A stretch of 64,000 bases of DNA, taken from the NCBI GenBank assembly GCA_010093815.1, contig ML996565.1; one strand, given 5' to 3'. The translations under genes were made by a program, and so were the position numbers. This document shows positions 25,424 through 35,209 of this stretch, piece by piece. This DNA comes from Pseudovirgaria hyperparasitica. Lineage: Eukaryota. The stretch's first letter is position 1. Each line of letters starts with the position of its first letter. The notes under the pieces are model-generated. The model had not been told where the DNA came from. It searched no databases and saw nothing but the letters and a program-made list of their open reading frames with translations.

Positions 25424-26303
25424 ATGCAGCCTACAACTATAACCATTATTTTAGCCTATCTGGGCGTCCTCAGTACAGCCGCAGTTATTCCCGTCGAAGT
25501 TGAGAAACGAACACTAGGAGACCGTAACGATCCATTCCAGGTCGACGTCGACTGTTCTGGCGCAGATGCGGTCTGTAACCTCGACTGCTACGGTATACTG
25601 TGCTTTCTAGTACCGAATCCTACCCAGCGACAGATTGGAATCTCTGCGACTCACAGACAAGACTCTGGTGTCGATGCACGCCCACTGTATCTCACCGAGC
25701 AGCAACGATTCGATAGAGGATTGAACCACACAGACACAATCTTGAACCAGATCGGTAGAAGCCCTGAGGTAAGTCAGATATTATCAAGTATATTTTGGAT
25801 TCTAAAGCAGCTGATAGGAAATTACAATGGCTTCCTCCGCACAGGGGGGCAGTGGTGATATCCTAGGTCCAACTCAAGTCAATCAGAATGAAGGTATGCA
25901 AGCTGTCTTGATAGGACCCCCAGCTCTCTCAAAATGATACAAGGAACTAACCATAAGCGTAGAGATTGGTTCCCGCATCAGTGGCCAGCTGTCTCATCTC
26001 GGCGTCGGTGACAGGCAATGGTACTTCAGACGCTTCACGAACTACGCACATGCTCCTTACTGTGATGCTTTGCAAGCATCACCACCAGATCACAGTGTCT
26101 GTCCGGAGGATGGCAAAGACGATACTGATCCTGCGAGGATCTCCTTTGTGCGCATGGACGCTCGCGGACCGAATAACCGCATTCAGTATCATATGATGTC
26201 GTTCAATGCCGGAGATCGATGGACAGGAAAGAACTGGGCCCGAGTTTCGAAACGTGAGGATGAGGAGGTTAATGAAGAGGATCCTTATGTTATCAAACAG
26301 TAG
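25424..26303 (+). CDS. Small secreted protein resembling a divergent NucA/NucB-type deoxyribonuclease, 3 exons
   Basis: Signal peptide plus VEKR. Introns 25769-25817 and ~25894-25962 give ..DCSGADAVCNLDCYGILC..HRQDSG..RSPE|EITMASSAQGGSGDILGPTQVNQNE|EIGSRISG..YCDAL..VCPEDG... TATAAA at ~25289. The gene model is solid; the family call is inferred. Confidence 0.72.
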
Positions 26304-27009
26304 CGGCCCGGTTGTGGCATAACCCAACTTTGTGGAACAGCTCTCATTTAGGTGTCTCCTTGTATATTATGCGGACAAATGTGTGCAAGCACGAGTCCGA
26401 AAACTATCTGTCTACTAGAGTATCAAGAAAATTTCTTTGTGCGAATAAGATGAACTATTTGGTGATGTCTGCACAAAATAATACCACTAGACTAATTTTG
26501 GAAATGCTCTTGACAAACAGCCTAGAGACACTAGAAGTTGGAATTAGAGTTATTAGCCCTAGAAGAACATACCTAGCAATTGATCGGCAAACCGAACGCA
26601 CCAACAACAAGGCACCAGAACGGCACTTATCCGGATCCAGACCAGCATTCAGCCCCTCCTATATTTAGTAAACCGTTCGTGCTTACGTTACACACTTCAC
26701 TACTTACATACCCTTTCACCGTCATACAACTGGAGAAAAAAGCGTCAATGCACGAGGCAGTGTTAGTCCTACATTTTCATAAATCATAACAGTTAGTACG
26801 TCATATTATGTCATATCAACAGTGCACCTCTCCAAGAATCGCGCATATATAGACTCCACACAATCATCACTTCTTCCAACAAACAGAAGTAGCAGGACCT
26901 TCTCACTGATTTTATTACACCTTAAACTTTTGTTTGGAAAATCTACAAACTTTCACAATCGATTACGCAGCATCGAACTCCTCCCGAACAACTTTTACCT
27001 CCTTCCAAA

Positions 27010-27546
27010 ATGAACATTCCCGTCTTCGCCCAAGTAGACGTCAATCCTGAACTATGGACCGACTTTGTACAGACAGCCGCCGTACCTGCCAATCCGAACC
27101 TAGAAAGCGAAACAGAGCCGCAGATACCGTACATTCTCGTCTCCTCCAAGTCACCTAGCAGTCCCACGACGCCGACCAAAGAGATCAGCACGACCGAAAA
27201 GTCAGATCTCAAATCCAGCTCCGACGGCGCAATCCAAACTTTATTTACTAACATCATCGATAATCACAATGATGGACACCTATCCACGCAATTCTTTCTG
27301 GTACTGGATGACAAGTCAGCTAAGGAGCGGACAGTGATGTTGATGCAGAAAGCATCGAAGTGGGTCGATCAGAACGGAGATGTCGATGAGGGAGGTCCAG
27401 CAGGACGAGATGACCTGACGGAGAAAGTCACGTGGAAGAAGTATTGCATTCCGTTCGACAGGGTCTATAAGGAATGGAGTGTACTGGAAACGAGAGGTTA
27501 TGTGTCAGAGCAGTGGTTTGTTGGGGAGGATATGGAGGACGCGTAA
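27010..27546 (+). CDS. Hypothetical intracellular protein, DUF6924-like
   Basis: Intronless 178 aa ORF with good start context (caaaATG). FFLVLDDKSAKERTVML..W..IPF pattern recalled from fungal DUF6924 proteins. Confidence 0.6.
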   Translation: MNIPVFAQVDVNPELWTDFVQTAAVPANPNLESETEPQIPYILVSSKSPSSPTTPTKEISTTEKSDLKSSSDGAIQTLFTNIIDNHNDGHLSTQFFLVLDDKSAKERTVMLMQKASKWVDQNGDVDEGGPAGRDDLTEKVTWKKYCIPFDRVYKEWSVLETRGYVSEQWFVGEDMEDA

Positions 27547-27719
27547 ACACGGTAGCCATAGGTCGCCATAACCCTTTTTCGTCTCTTCAATTGATCTAAT
27601 ACAACATTTGGGCTTGTGCTTCTTGGATTCTGACCTCCATTTGTACCTCAGTGTGCCGTGGTTCTCTGTTAGCCTTAGTCTCACCTGGATTTGGCCACAG
27701 TGGATGTACTGAACCATTT

Positions 27720-29100
27720 AGCTATGTTTCTTGTGATGCTCTGCTAGAGATACACAAAATTGTTCGTCTCGAGTAGGTCATGTAATATCTCAGAGACTAA
27801 AGTCTAAGTCTACTAGCTGGGTTAATTAAGTTATGGTTCAATTGTAGAGAAGTTCCATAAACAGTGTAAAGTGTTTCGACATAAAGAACACTGTCTTACT
27901 AGAGACACATGGCAGTCATTTCGAAGTGGACTCGATTGTCTTTAGACATGTCCGCAAGAAGTCATTATGCAGATGGAGAGTGTCTTGTGGGGCCTACAAT
28001 TTACTCCGGGAGTCGTACCTTAAGTAAGCCGTGAAGCGGGACAACTAATATGGTACGTACACTAGTGATATCTTTATTAACAGTAGCCAAGCACATTAAT
28101 ATATATTAAAATGATACATAAGCATGAACGCACTTGTTTACTCAAAGATCCCAATGCACTAACAGACGATAGATATCAAAACAGAGTCTACACACCGCCA
28201 GTACCTCTTAACCACTGACTTCTTTATTCAAGCACTAGACAGCCGATAGAGTAAAAAGGTCATAAACCCATTCCTCGTGCACTTATGAAGTCTATTCATC
28301 ATCAAACACCAAGTAAAACTCAAGAGACAAGAGTTGTGCAATAGTAGAGATAGAAGAAATTAACATAATTAAAGTAATAAGAGAGCTAGTATATCAATGC
28401 AATAGATAAAGAAACTTAGATGGTAGATAAATCTCCATAGTTCCAGTCGGATGATGTCTGACTATATGTTAGATAGTATTAGACTAGACTCTCCTTACCT
28501 ATGATCTTTAGTATAGTCCCAAAGAGTTCTAACTTGACACTTCATATCTTAGAATACTCCACATAGTATATAAAAAGATTGAACTTTATACTGTTTGGGA
28601 CTTTCGTCTAGATGGGATTTGATAGCTTGCACTAATAGCAGAACTACTTTGGTTATGTGTACTAGGAGACATTAGACATATATACTCTCTACTTGATGTG
28701 TAATATCTCTTAGGTATCCCTCCATTCCATTTCTTCGAATCTAATTAGTAGTAAGGACGTTAGGATGTGCCCTTTCTGTCAACGATACAACATACCGTCC
28801 GAAGTCGAGTAAAATTTTCTTGTCGAAGCTTCATCTCCTGTAATAAATCTACGTCCTATTACACAGTCAAGTTCACGTCATAAATTCATAGCCATTGCTG
28901 GACTATTGTCAGGGGGGGATCAATGCTTAGGAACAGTGCTGCCATACTCTCAGAGTGGGAATATCAAGACAGAAAGACACTGAGATAAACGCTAAAGATC
29001 TAACCACTGTTGCCTATATGCAAGGGTGCGGCGTGGGGTGTAAAAACGCAAGGCTGAAGACAAGTACTAACACAGCGCGTATTTCACTCATACACACTGT
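27720..29100. other. AT-rich, TpA-enriched non-coding segment; probable RIP-decayed repeat or gene relic
   Basis: No ORF of 60 aa or more over ~1.5 kb, and dense TAG/CTA/TATA words compared with the flanking genes (judged by eye). Confidence 0.45.
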
Positions 29101-29255
29101 CCCTTAGGCTTTTTGTGAAAGAAAAACAATGACGCACTGTTGCGAAGTGTCGTATAGGATGTGCGCGAGAGTAAAGGAACCAAGTCTTAAGTCTTTAAAT
29201 CTGTCCGGTTTTCCGTCATAGTAAGGTAAATCAAGGTGTATCAAATGTAATACGT

Positions 29256-30212
29256 CTAATTAAGAACACCGTTTAAGAAGGCCACAAGATCATCAATCTG
29301 ATCTGGGACTTTGTACCAGTGCCCTTCATCGTAAGCTTTCCACATTACTTCCGCACCCAGAGCCAGGAATACATCTCTTGCCTGCTCTCCCAGCTTTACA
29401 TTCACTTTCTCATCATGAATCCCATGTCCTAGGAAAACAGGCGTGCTTCCGAAGGTCGGCACTGTCGACACGTCTAAAGTTGTGAGAGACGCAATGTCAC
29501 GCGCAACATTAGCGGCTTTGCGCTGAATCGATTGGAGACTCTCAGGCTCGCGTGGCGTATCGGTATCTTCCTCATTGTCAGAACCAAACATGTCATCTTC
29601 ACCGTCTTCGTCTTTGTCGTCGGAGTTCTTGCAAGCCTCTGCTCTTGGATCAAGATCTGAAGCAAAGGGCAGCCATCCACTCATTCCAAAATAACCACCG
29701 AGGTGACTTGATTCGTCTTCGGAAGACTGCCAATTTAGCAATACATGCAATGACGCAGCACATCCCTGACTAAGTCCACCAAGTATGACTTTCCTCGCAT
29801 CATGCAGGACTTCGATCTCTTGAGCGATTAATTTGTGCACAAACAAGCTCGTCTCATGCAGTCCATCGTATTGGAGATCTTGTCGTTGTGACGGGTCTTC
29901 CAGCGAATAGTTGTCGAACCATTGGTTGATAGGTATCTTCTTCAACACCACGGACCGTCGCTTCTTGGCTGTTGGAAATATGAACTTGAGGCCAGGGAAA
30001 AGCTCTGGCAAAGACTTGCCGGACCGGGTCAGCGCTTTAAGGAATTCGAGACCAAACCTTTCTGCGTTGCTGCCGCGGCCATGCAGTAAGATAGCCGTCG
30101 CTGTATGTGAACCACTAGGCTCGATAATCAGAGGATCTGGCCAGTACAGCTGTCGTTTCTTGTTATTGCTCATGAGAGGGTACTCTGACCCTGAAGTGTC
30201 AATATTCGCCAT
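29256..30212 (-). CDS. Phospholipase/carboxylesterase (acyl-protein thioesterase-like alpha/beta hydrolase)
   Basis: LLHGRGSN, FIFPTA, QWFD, nucleophile GGLSQG, GMSGWLP, FLGHGIHDEKV (Asp) and GHWY (His); intronless. Confidence 0.88.
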   Translation of the reverse strand: MANIDTSGSEYPLMSNNKKRQLYWPDPLIIEPSGSHTATAILLHGRGSNAERFGLEFLKALTRSGKSLPELFPGLKFIFPTAKKRRSVVLKKIPINQWFDNYSLEDPSQRQDLQYDGLHETSLFVHKLIAQEIEVLHDARKVILGGLSQGCAASLHVLLNWQSSEDESSHLGGYFGMSGWLPFASDLDPRAEACKNSDDKDEDGEDDMFGSDNEEDTDTPREPESLQSIQRKAANVARDIASLTTLDVSTVPTFGSTPVFLGHGIHDEKVNVKLGEQARDVFLALGAEVMWKAYDEGHWYKVPDQIDDLVAFLNGVLN

Positions 30213-30873
30213 CCTGGGCCAACATGTATCAAAAGATGTCTCACTTCAAGAGAGAAAAATGAGGAAAATCATTAATCTGCATGGAGAAGTAGTAAGGGCT
30301 TGTCTCTTGTAGCAACTACGCCCAACAAAGCGCTTTGACTAATTACCGGCAGCGTCAAGCCTCGCCGCGTCCGGAAATTGCGCTAAGCCTTTCTAAGAAG
30401 ATGTAAATACATCCATGCGTGTGGCTTCACAGTCATGTTCGATAACCGCTGTGAGATTTTACCAAGACTATCTCACAATTATACGCAGGGATGCGGCATA
30501 GTATGTTCGACTTCAGTACCAGCGCGAGGAAGCAAATTGATTTAGATCTTCTCTGGTTCCTAGAACAGCCTCATAATACCTAAGAAAAAATAACGCCAGG
30601 GTTAGTCCAAGACAAGACGCCGCAGCGCGAAAAGCTTCACGTCAGCTAATCAACCGAAAGACATGAAGGCAGTCAAGCATCATGAATGCATAGTTTTGGA
30701 TGGACTGTTAATCCAAAGTTGGCTTTCACGTAAATGAGCATCGAGTATTTAAGATAACTCAAAGACAGCTATGCGACAGTCTCGCAATGACCTCATATTC
30801 ATATTCACCACACAGCAGGTTGTCCCGTCAGCCTCGATATATCATCTTGTCTCTCTGAGCTTCATTCCAAATA

Positions 30874-31395
30874 ATGTCTGATTATTTCAAAGTCTACATC
30901 GGTTTCTGCCAGAGACGTCAAAGCCGGGACCCAACCCACTGGATGCTCATATATGCCGTACCGGGCTCTCAAACATGCACATGGGTACACGTCGAGGGTG
31001 GACCACGAGAAGGCTATGTCTTGAAGATTCTTTCTGGCAAAAGAGTTGATAGTTGGGGTATCGAAAGCCGAGAGTTGATAGGCTATCTCAACAGGTCTGA
31101 CGAGAAAAAGCTACACGCTGCAGCAAAGTCTATACCATTACAACGCTGCCAACGCTGGACGACGGCACTTGTGGCAAAGTTGGAAGAGAGGGGCCTTATA
31201 CCCGCTGCTGGTAAGGCGGCACAGCTGCAGAACAGGATAGAGCCGTCGCCATATGAGAATCAGGGCTCTCTCGGTGGAGGTTCTGGCTCCAAGAGTAATG
31301 TTGGGGTGAGCTGGAGTAGGAACAGCAATGGTGGGAGTTCACAAAGCAAAGTATCTGGTCGAGGTCATCCTGCTCCGTCCCAACGCCAACAGTGA
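30874..31395 (+). CDS. DUF6540-like small protein (putative permuted papain-like His/Cys fold)
   Basis: HWMLI..WVHVEGG..RCQRWTTALVAKLEERGLI pattern, followed by a G/S-rich tail. Confidence 0.65.
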   Translation: MSDYFKVYIGFCQRRQSRDPTHWMLIYAVPGSQTCTWVHVEGGPREGYVLKILSGKRVDSWGIESRELIGYLNRSDEKKLHAAAKSIPLQRCQRWTTALVAKLEERGLIPAAGKAAQLQNRIEPSPYENQGSLGGGSGSKSNVGVSWSRNSNGGSSQSKVSGRGHPAPSQRQQ

Positions 31396-31674
31396 TGCGC
31401 AGTCACCACAAAGCAGAGTTCGATACGCACTCACCTGATTGGGCAATATATCGGAACTTCGATGTATCATGATGGATTACGGGTCCATTTTGTAATAGTA
31501 ATGGGTGACTAGCTTTCAAACGCATCTTCGGATCCTGCTTTCCCGCCCCTCTTGTTGTTTTGTAGTGATAGCCTGATGGGGCATTGCGCGGTGATGGTTG
31601 TGACCTCCTTTACCTGCGTACACATACCCCGGAATTCATGTTTTCCTTCAATGTAAGATACCATGGAGGTCTTT

Positions 31675-32460
31675 CTACCAGATAATGTCCCGTGTGTGTT
31701 CAAAGACAGCTCTAGCAAGTGGGAATGGAGTAAGGATTTTGTCGATGGCGCGTTCCTGGACCCAGGAGTTGTCTATGTCTACCCGATACCATCCCTTCAC
31801 ATACTCCCAGTACTCGGGGTAGAAGCCACAGAGTTCCCAATCTATTATACCAACAACTTTGCCATCACGTACTATGATGTTTCGCGGGTGAAAGTCGTTA
31901 TGCGTAAGCACAATCTTAGCTGGCGGCAGGGCCTTGATGAAACCAGCTACTGTCTCAGTCCAATGTGAGTGTCGAGAGTTGTACATGGCTCTAATGCATC
32001 CTGCTCTAAAATCACCTTCGCTCTCGAATGGGCCAAACATATCAGGCTCTTCTGAGAAAAACTGATCTCTACATGGTGTCTTGTCGACAGAGCCGATAAA
32101 GTCAGACGAGATTTCCCGCAGTTGAATCATATAATCTCTCAATTGATCAACGATGGAGTCCTTTTCAGTTTGCGTCATTTGAGGCCATATATCGCGAAGC
32201 ACGTCGCCTTGCACATATTCCATGATGATGGCCCCACATTCTGCATCGTCGTCTCGCATGTAAGCATCGAAAACTTCTGGCACAGGGATAGATGTCTGTT
32301 CACGGACCAGCCGAAGGGCTGCAGCTTCTGCCATTGATGTCGCGTTCCCTGTCTTCACGATTGTCTGCTCGTCAAGTTTGTAAATACCAGGCACATCGGT
32401 GAACTTTTCGAGATGCGGTAGCAGATCGCCGGTGATGCGCTGATACTGTTTGGGAGTCAT
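31675..32460 (-). CDS. Aminoglycoside-phosphotransferase/choline-kinase-like protein kinase-fold enzyme
   Basis: IVKTG, EAAALRLV..TSIPVPEV, IIMEYVQG, Brenner motif LTHNDFHPRNIIV and GIIDWELCGFYPEYWEY. Confidence 0.88.
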   Translation of the reverse strand: MTPKQYQRITGDLLPHLEKFTDVPGIYKLDEQTIVKTGNATSMAEAAALRLVREQTSIPVPEVFDAYMRDDDAECGAIIMEYVQGDVLRDIWPQMTQTEKDSIVDQLRDYMIQLREISSDFIGSVDKTPCRDQFFSEEPDMFGPFESEGDFRAGCIRAMYNSRHSHWTETVAGFIKALPPAKIVLTHNDFHPRNIIVRDGKVVGIIDWELCGFYPEYWEYVKGWYRVDIDNSWVQERAIDKILTPFPLARAVFEHTRDIIW

Positions 32461-32639
32461 AGTAGCTGTTTCCCGAGTTGAAAGAAGATGTTAGGAGTTT
32501 AGAGTGGCATTTCATGAAAGTAAAGAAATGACACGACTAAAACAAAGAACGGCCCACTGAACTGCGCTAGACTTCATCCGTCGTTTTCCTAGAACCTGAG
32601 TTGGCTTGGCATTCTTCATTTTCACGCATGTGTTCACAT

Positions 32640-33190
32640 ACCCCTGTCAGATAGTTATTTTGCCTCTATACCCTTATATCATAGTCTATATGTCATAATA
32701 TATATATACTTACTAAGTTGGATAAGGCGATCAATCCTTGATACTTTCTAAGCTCTATACTATCTAATTTACGCTATAATACAAGGGTTTAATTTCTTAG
32801 AGAAGAGGAAGAAGGTAGTCCTCCTAGAACCTAATATATCTCTCCATAGGCTCTCTTCTAAGAAATTCTAGGAGAACGACGGATAAACTCAACGTCAGGT
32901 TCTGTATATTCTTTTTGGCTATCAACTTAATAAGTGTGTCAAGCATAAGTCCTATAGCTATGACTATACTGCCTTGCATATGACATTATTTCAGTCTTTG
33001 GATCCCTAGATCGCTGATATCGCCACTATTAATGTCTGAAGCTTAAGGCATCAAAGCCCTAATCTCATCATTAACGATGTATGAACTTGACAAACAAGAG
33101 TTCAATTTCTACCTTCGCAGCTTTGAGTATGAGCCCCCTGACGTGAATAGAGATGAGATAGAATAGTACGAGACTATCACTTTATAATTA
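32640..33190. other. AT/TpA-rich non-coding segment, possible RIP-affected relic
   Basis: Runs such as tatatgtcataatatatatacttactaag; no ORFs. Confidence 0.35.
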
Positions 33191-33255
33191 CATGCTTAAT
33201 ACCTTCATTGAACCATTCCGATGGCACCTACACCACCTCATGAGGTTTGGCACTC

Positions 33256-34497
33256 TCACCTGGACCCTTCCGATACCAAATCGATCACCTCGTCTGGCCA
33301 CAATCTCCTCGCCAGTTCCTGCACTAACTGTAGCTTTTTCCATTGACCTTCCTCAGTCATCATGCCGCCGGCACTCGAGCTCGCAAAACCACACTGAGGA
33401 CTGATGCCGATCTGCTCCCTCAGGACCTCCTCTTCAGTTCTCCCCTGCGCCTCCGCTATGGTCGCCGCAGCACCCCTAACTCTCTTCTCCAGCTCCTCAA
33501 TGTTCTCAAGAGTATCTGTCTTCGTCGATACCACACCAAGCACAACATTCTTACCCCTTGGCACATATCTCAACGGCTCAAAGCCGCCTGCCCTCTCAGT
33601 ATCATACTCCAAATACAGCGTCTCATACCGCATCTCCACAAACAACGCTTTCGCAATGACCTCATAGCTTCCCTCCGTCATATGCCCACCCCCCGGCGTG
33701 TTTCCTCTACACAAATGCATCCCAACATGCAAATCCGCCGGCAGATCCCTCAAATATTCATTCGCAGCCCACACATACAACCCCAACAGACCCTCCGCAT
33801 CAAACCCATCGCTCTCCATCGCCCCCCGCAACCCCTCGTCCACAAAAAATGTCAACTGCGGATCATCAATCTGCAAATGCCGCAGCCCAGCATCATACAA
33901 CACCCGAATCTCCTCCCGCCACGCCGCCGCCAAATCCGCAAGATATGCCTTGCTCGACGTATACCCAGACTCCGCCGTCCACGCGCGCCCCTCCGCAAGC
34001 AGGAAATGCTCGCGTGTGAGCGCCGGAATACTCATCTTCACCTGGCCCTGCAATCGCGCTGCTTCCTCGGGACTGTGCGCCAGCTCGGCGAGCGCTGTCT
34101 TGATGCCCTCCCACTCGTCCAGATACGCCGGTTTCGTCCAACGGATCTTGCTCGTTGCGATGTAGCATGTGAACTCCTTGATGCCGAATTTCTGCATCAG
34201 GGGTAGGGTTGGGTGGCCTTTGCGGAAAGCGTGTTGGGCGGAGAGGTCGGTGGGGACTGGGAGGGTGGTTGGGGTCAGGCCTGAGAGGGATTCGAAGAGG
34301 CCGTCCCAGAAAACTGTGCGTGGGAATTCGCCGTTGGATAGGGGGCTGAAGGAGAAGGAGAGCTGGCTTGCGAGAGCGGATCTGATGGAGGAGTGTATGA
34401 GTTGGGGGAGGTCCGGGGAGTTTGTTTTGCGGGCGTCAGTAAGGGCGGTCGGGCGGATGAGAGAACCAATCTGGGAGGCACGGAAGGGAGGAGGCAT
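33256..34497 (-). CDS. Cobalamin-independent methionine synthase-like protein (single-barrel MetE/UROD-like)
   Basis: FRASQIGSLIRP, SNGEFPR, LQIDDP, zinc-binding HLCRGN, LEYDTERAGGFEPL, VVLGVVSTK and ISPQCGFAS. At 413 aa it has the catalytic barrel only. Confidence 0.88.
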   Translation of the reverse strand: MPPPFRASQIGSLIRPTALTDARKTNSPDLPQLIHSSIRSALASQLSFSFSPLSNGEFPRTVFWDGLFESLSGLTPTTLPVPTDLSAQHAFRKGHPTLPLMQKFGIKEFTCYIATSKIRWTKPAYLDEWEGIKTALAELAHSPEEAARLQGQVKMSIPALTREHFLLAEGRAWTAESGYTSSKAYLADLAAAWREEIRVLYDAGLRHLQIDDPQLTFFVDEGLRGAMESDGFDAEGLLGLYVWAANEYLRDLPADLHVGMHLCRGNTPGGGHMTEGSYEVIAKALFVEMRYETLYLEYDTERAGGFEPLRYVPRGKNVVLGVVSTKTDTLENIEELEKRVRGAAATIAEAQGRTEEEVLREQIGISPQCGFASSSAGGMMTEEGQWKKLQLVQELARRLWPDEVIDLVSEGSR

Positions 34498-35209
34498 CTT
34501 GGAGTTGTAGTGGTTGATGAATTACAGTGTATGGATAGATGGCAGAGTGTGATTCTTGGAAGATTAGAAGAGGATAGTGCAATTGTGTTGTGGCATATAG
34601 TTCCTCAACGTAAAGCTGATCACTAGAACATGTAGGCAAGACTCATTTTTGACGTACACATCTCCCTGACGTTCATATACACGAGCACTCGTGACTCACT
34701 GACTACCACCGTGACATATATCATCTTCAATAGTGATGCTACGTAACGGACGTTGCCAGTAGGTAGCATCGATCCCCACTCTCCGAGGCGTGTACCACTC
34801 GGAGATGTCCCATGTGTCGCTTTTTCGGACTTCAATCAGCGCGATGGAAAGCGAAGGATGAAGACCATTGTGTCTCGAACGGGTCGGCAATAAACTAGCG
34901 GGAATGGACGCCTGAGGTTTGGAGGAAATCCACTCGCTATTCCCGATTGTTTCCGGATCGATGTACGAGTCAACACGATCCATTCGTCGTAACGCAAGGC
35001 TGCGCATGATATGAAGAAATCAAATGCCTCGTTCGTAGAGCGGTGCTTCGCCATCATACCAAAAAGTCTGCGTCAGGTTACCTCGCCTACCTAAGTATGG
35101 CGGGACACCGATGAGGACTACTATAGTGACAATAAATCAATACAGCTGAGCACCTTCAGAGGAGTTCCCGAGTTGACTATCACGGTGATGTACATATGAT
35201 TGATTGCTC

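Noticed and set aside
32791..32874. Short inverted repeats (aatttcttaga/tctaagaaatt; ctcctagaa/ttctaggag)
   Set aside because: Only 9-11 bp in AT-rich DNA with no target-site duplication, so chance is likely.
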